64,000 nt of DNA. Source: Paraphysomonas bandaiensis (Eukaryota; Protista; Chrysophyceae). Of this stretch, positions 62,700 to 64,000 are shown piece after piece. Made by a program: the position numbers and the translations under genes. Numbering within the stretch: position 1 is the first letter of the stretch; every line of letters starts with the position of its first letter. The stretch is taken from contig CBFFRP010000268.1 in the NCBI GenBank assembly GCA_965644295.1, forward strand, positions 1-64,000. The letters run 5' to 3'. Under the pieces are notes generated by a model. It did not search any database and was not told where the DNA came from. It saw only the letters and a list, made by a program, of their open reading frames with translations.

Positions 62700-64000
62700 A
62701 TGGATGATCCGAATGATATGTCCGTTACTGACTTATTACAGTCTATGTCCCAGAGTCTACTGGAGGTTAAGACTGTCCATAGACCTGTTGATGTACCAGA
62801 TAGACCATTTAACCTTAAAATAGGTGGAAAGGTTGAATGACTCCATTTTAATCCCGTATTGTTATATTACTGTTTCGCAGCCCCCTAGAGAGATGTTCTA
62901 TCGAAAGACAATAGTATGTGCAGCCGATCCTACAGTTCCATATAAACCGGAGCGTTGTTCCTGTCAATATCTATGTTCACGAGCGTTAGCTACTACGAAG
63001 TGCCTTACCTGTGCTCTATATGATCCTCAAGGTACGAAGTATCGTGTGACTGCTGCATAGTTAGATGACCATATCACGATTACTAGGGTTAGGGTATTAC
63101 TGTGATGCTTGCTTTACAAGTCGACACCCGTGGTACCGAGTTACACATGTTTTTGCTCCTATATATCGCAACGAAAGTATCCGAGACTCCATGAGGAAAC
63201 AGGACAGTCAACTTCAAGCTGATAGGCGGCGTGTAGAGGGTTATGAGATGTTGAGCAAGTTGAAGGAAAATGAATTCAAATTGAGCGTTGTTGCAGACGA
63301 CTTAGAAGTAGATACCAATATGAGGTAATTGTTGTGCCGGTTTCTATATTTCAAGAAAAAATAACGGTGTAAATGATTGTAGGAGTGCAGCGCGGAAGAG
63401 CGTCGCTCTGGAGAGTCGAATGGTTGCTCTGAGACGGCAGCTACGATCTAGTGTGCGAGCTTCGGGTGGAGTTATGGAGATAACAGAGGACGAGGCAGCT
63501 GTGGCGGTGCAACGAGCTTATAGAGGCTACCAGGTGTAAAACTACGGCTTTTTCTCTGTGTATCAATAAGTATAATGGAATGTAGATTAGGAGATTGGTT
63601 TCACTTGCCTATGCGGAACGTACTGTGAGAGTGTGGGATGAATCTTCTGGCAGAGGTTATATATAAGTATCTCTATCACTTATTGTTGATTTATATCTCA
63701 GAGTACTATTACGATAAGTTCTTAGAGACGTCTTCATGGACTCCTTCTAACGTGAGTAGAGTCAATCTATGTTATACCTCGTAATGGTGAAACCTGATAT
63801 TTTGCAGCTGTTAATGAAGAAAGACCTTGAAAGTTTACCTCTGGTGCATGAACAAGACCCTGAGAGACGGATATGGTGCGTTAAAAAGACAATGGCTAGG
63901 TAGTTTTAGAATATTGATATTTTATGCCATGCTCACTCTTGTTTAAGGCGGCGAGCCCTCCCGATTGTTTCTGAAGATGAAGCTGCTAATGTTATTACGG
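62700..64000 (+). CDS. Multi-exon B-box-like + IQ + WW protein, truncated by the window end
   Basis: B-box-like C..C..ATTKCLTC...YYCDACFTSRH; IQ-like AAVAVQRAYRGYQ; WW-like VWDESSGR|EYYYD...SSWTP. Confidence 0.6.

Overview
Eukaryotic nuclear DNA with short (~50-60 nt) GT-AG introns and the standard genetic code. The gene content (HA domain, ShK-fused GPx, HET-like gene, Copia type) suggests a stramenopile-like protist; this is inference only. About 20 protein-coding genes are supportable: GT4+DUF5672, PIG-P, GET2/CAML-like, fringe-like GT31, EamA transporter, golgin-84, HA-LtrA fusion, kinase-PP2C fusion, PH-CAMK with CaaX, YANK-like AGC kinase, HET/TIR-like protein, RRP15, CCDC177-like, Coa1/Tim21-like, EF-hand, MYND, PAN-LamG-Sel1, ShK-GPx, HAT1 and a partial B-box/IQ/WW gene. 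Mobile DNA includes a complete young Ty1/Copia element (40757-46210) with identical 293-bp TA...CA LTRs, an AATAG TSD, a D-T-C protease motif and one frameshift; a decayed relative of it; and a Mutator-like MITE with a 9-bp TSD plus a degenerate second copy. The most intriguing locus is an intronless HET/TIR-like effector gene bracketed by ~95-bp diverged inverted repeats (30288-32836). (CATA)n tracts are mostly oriented on the sense strand upstream of genes. All calls come from reading motifs by eye; no database search was run.
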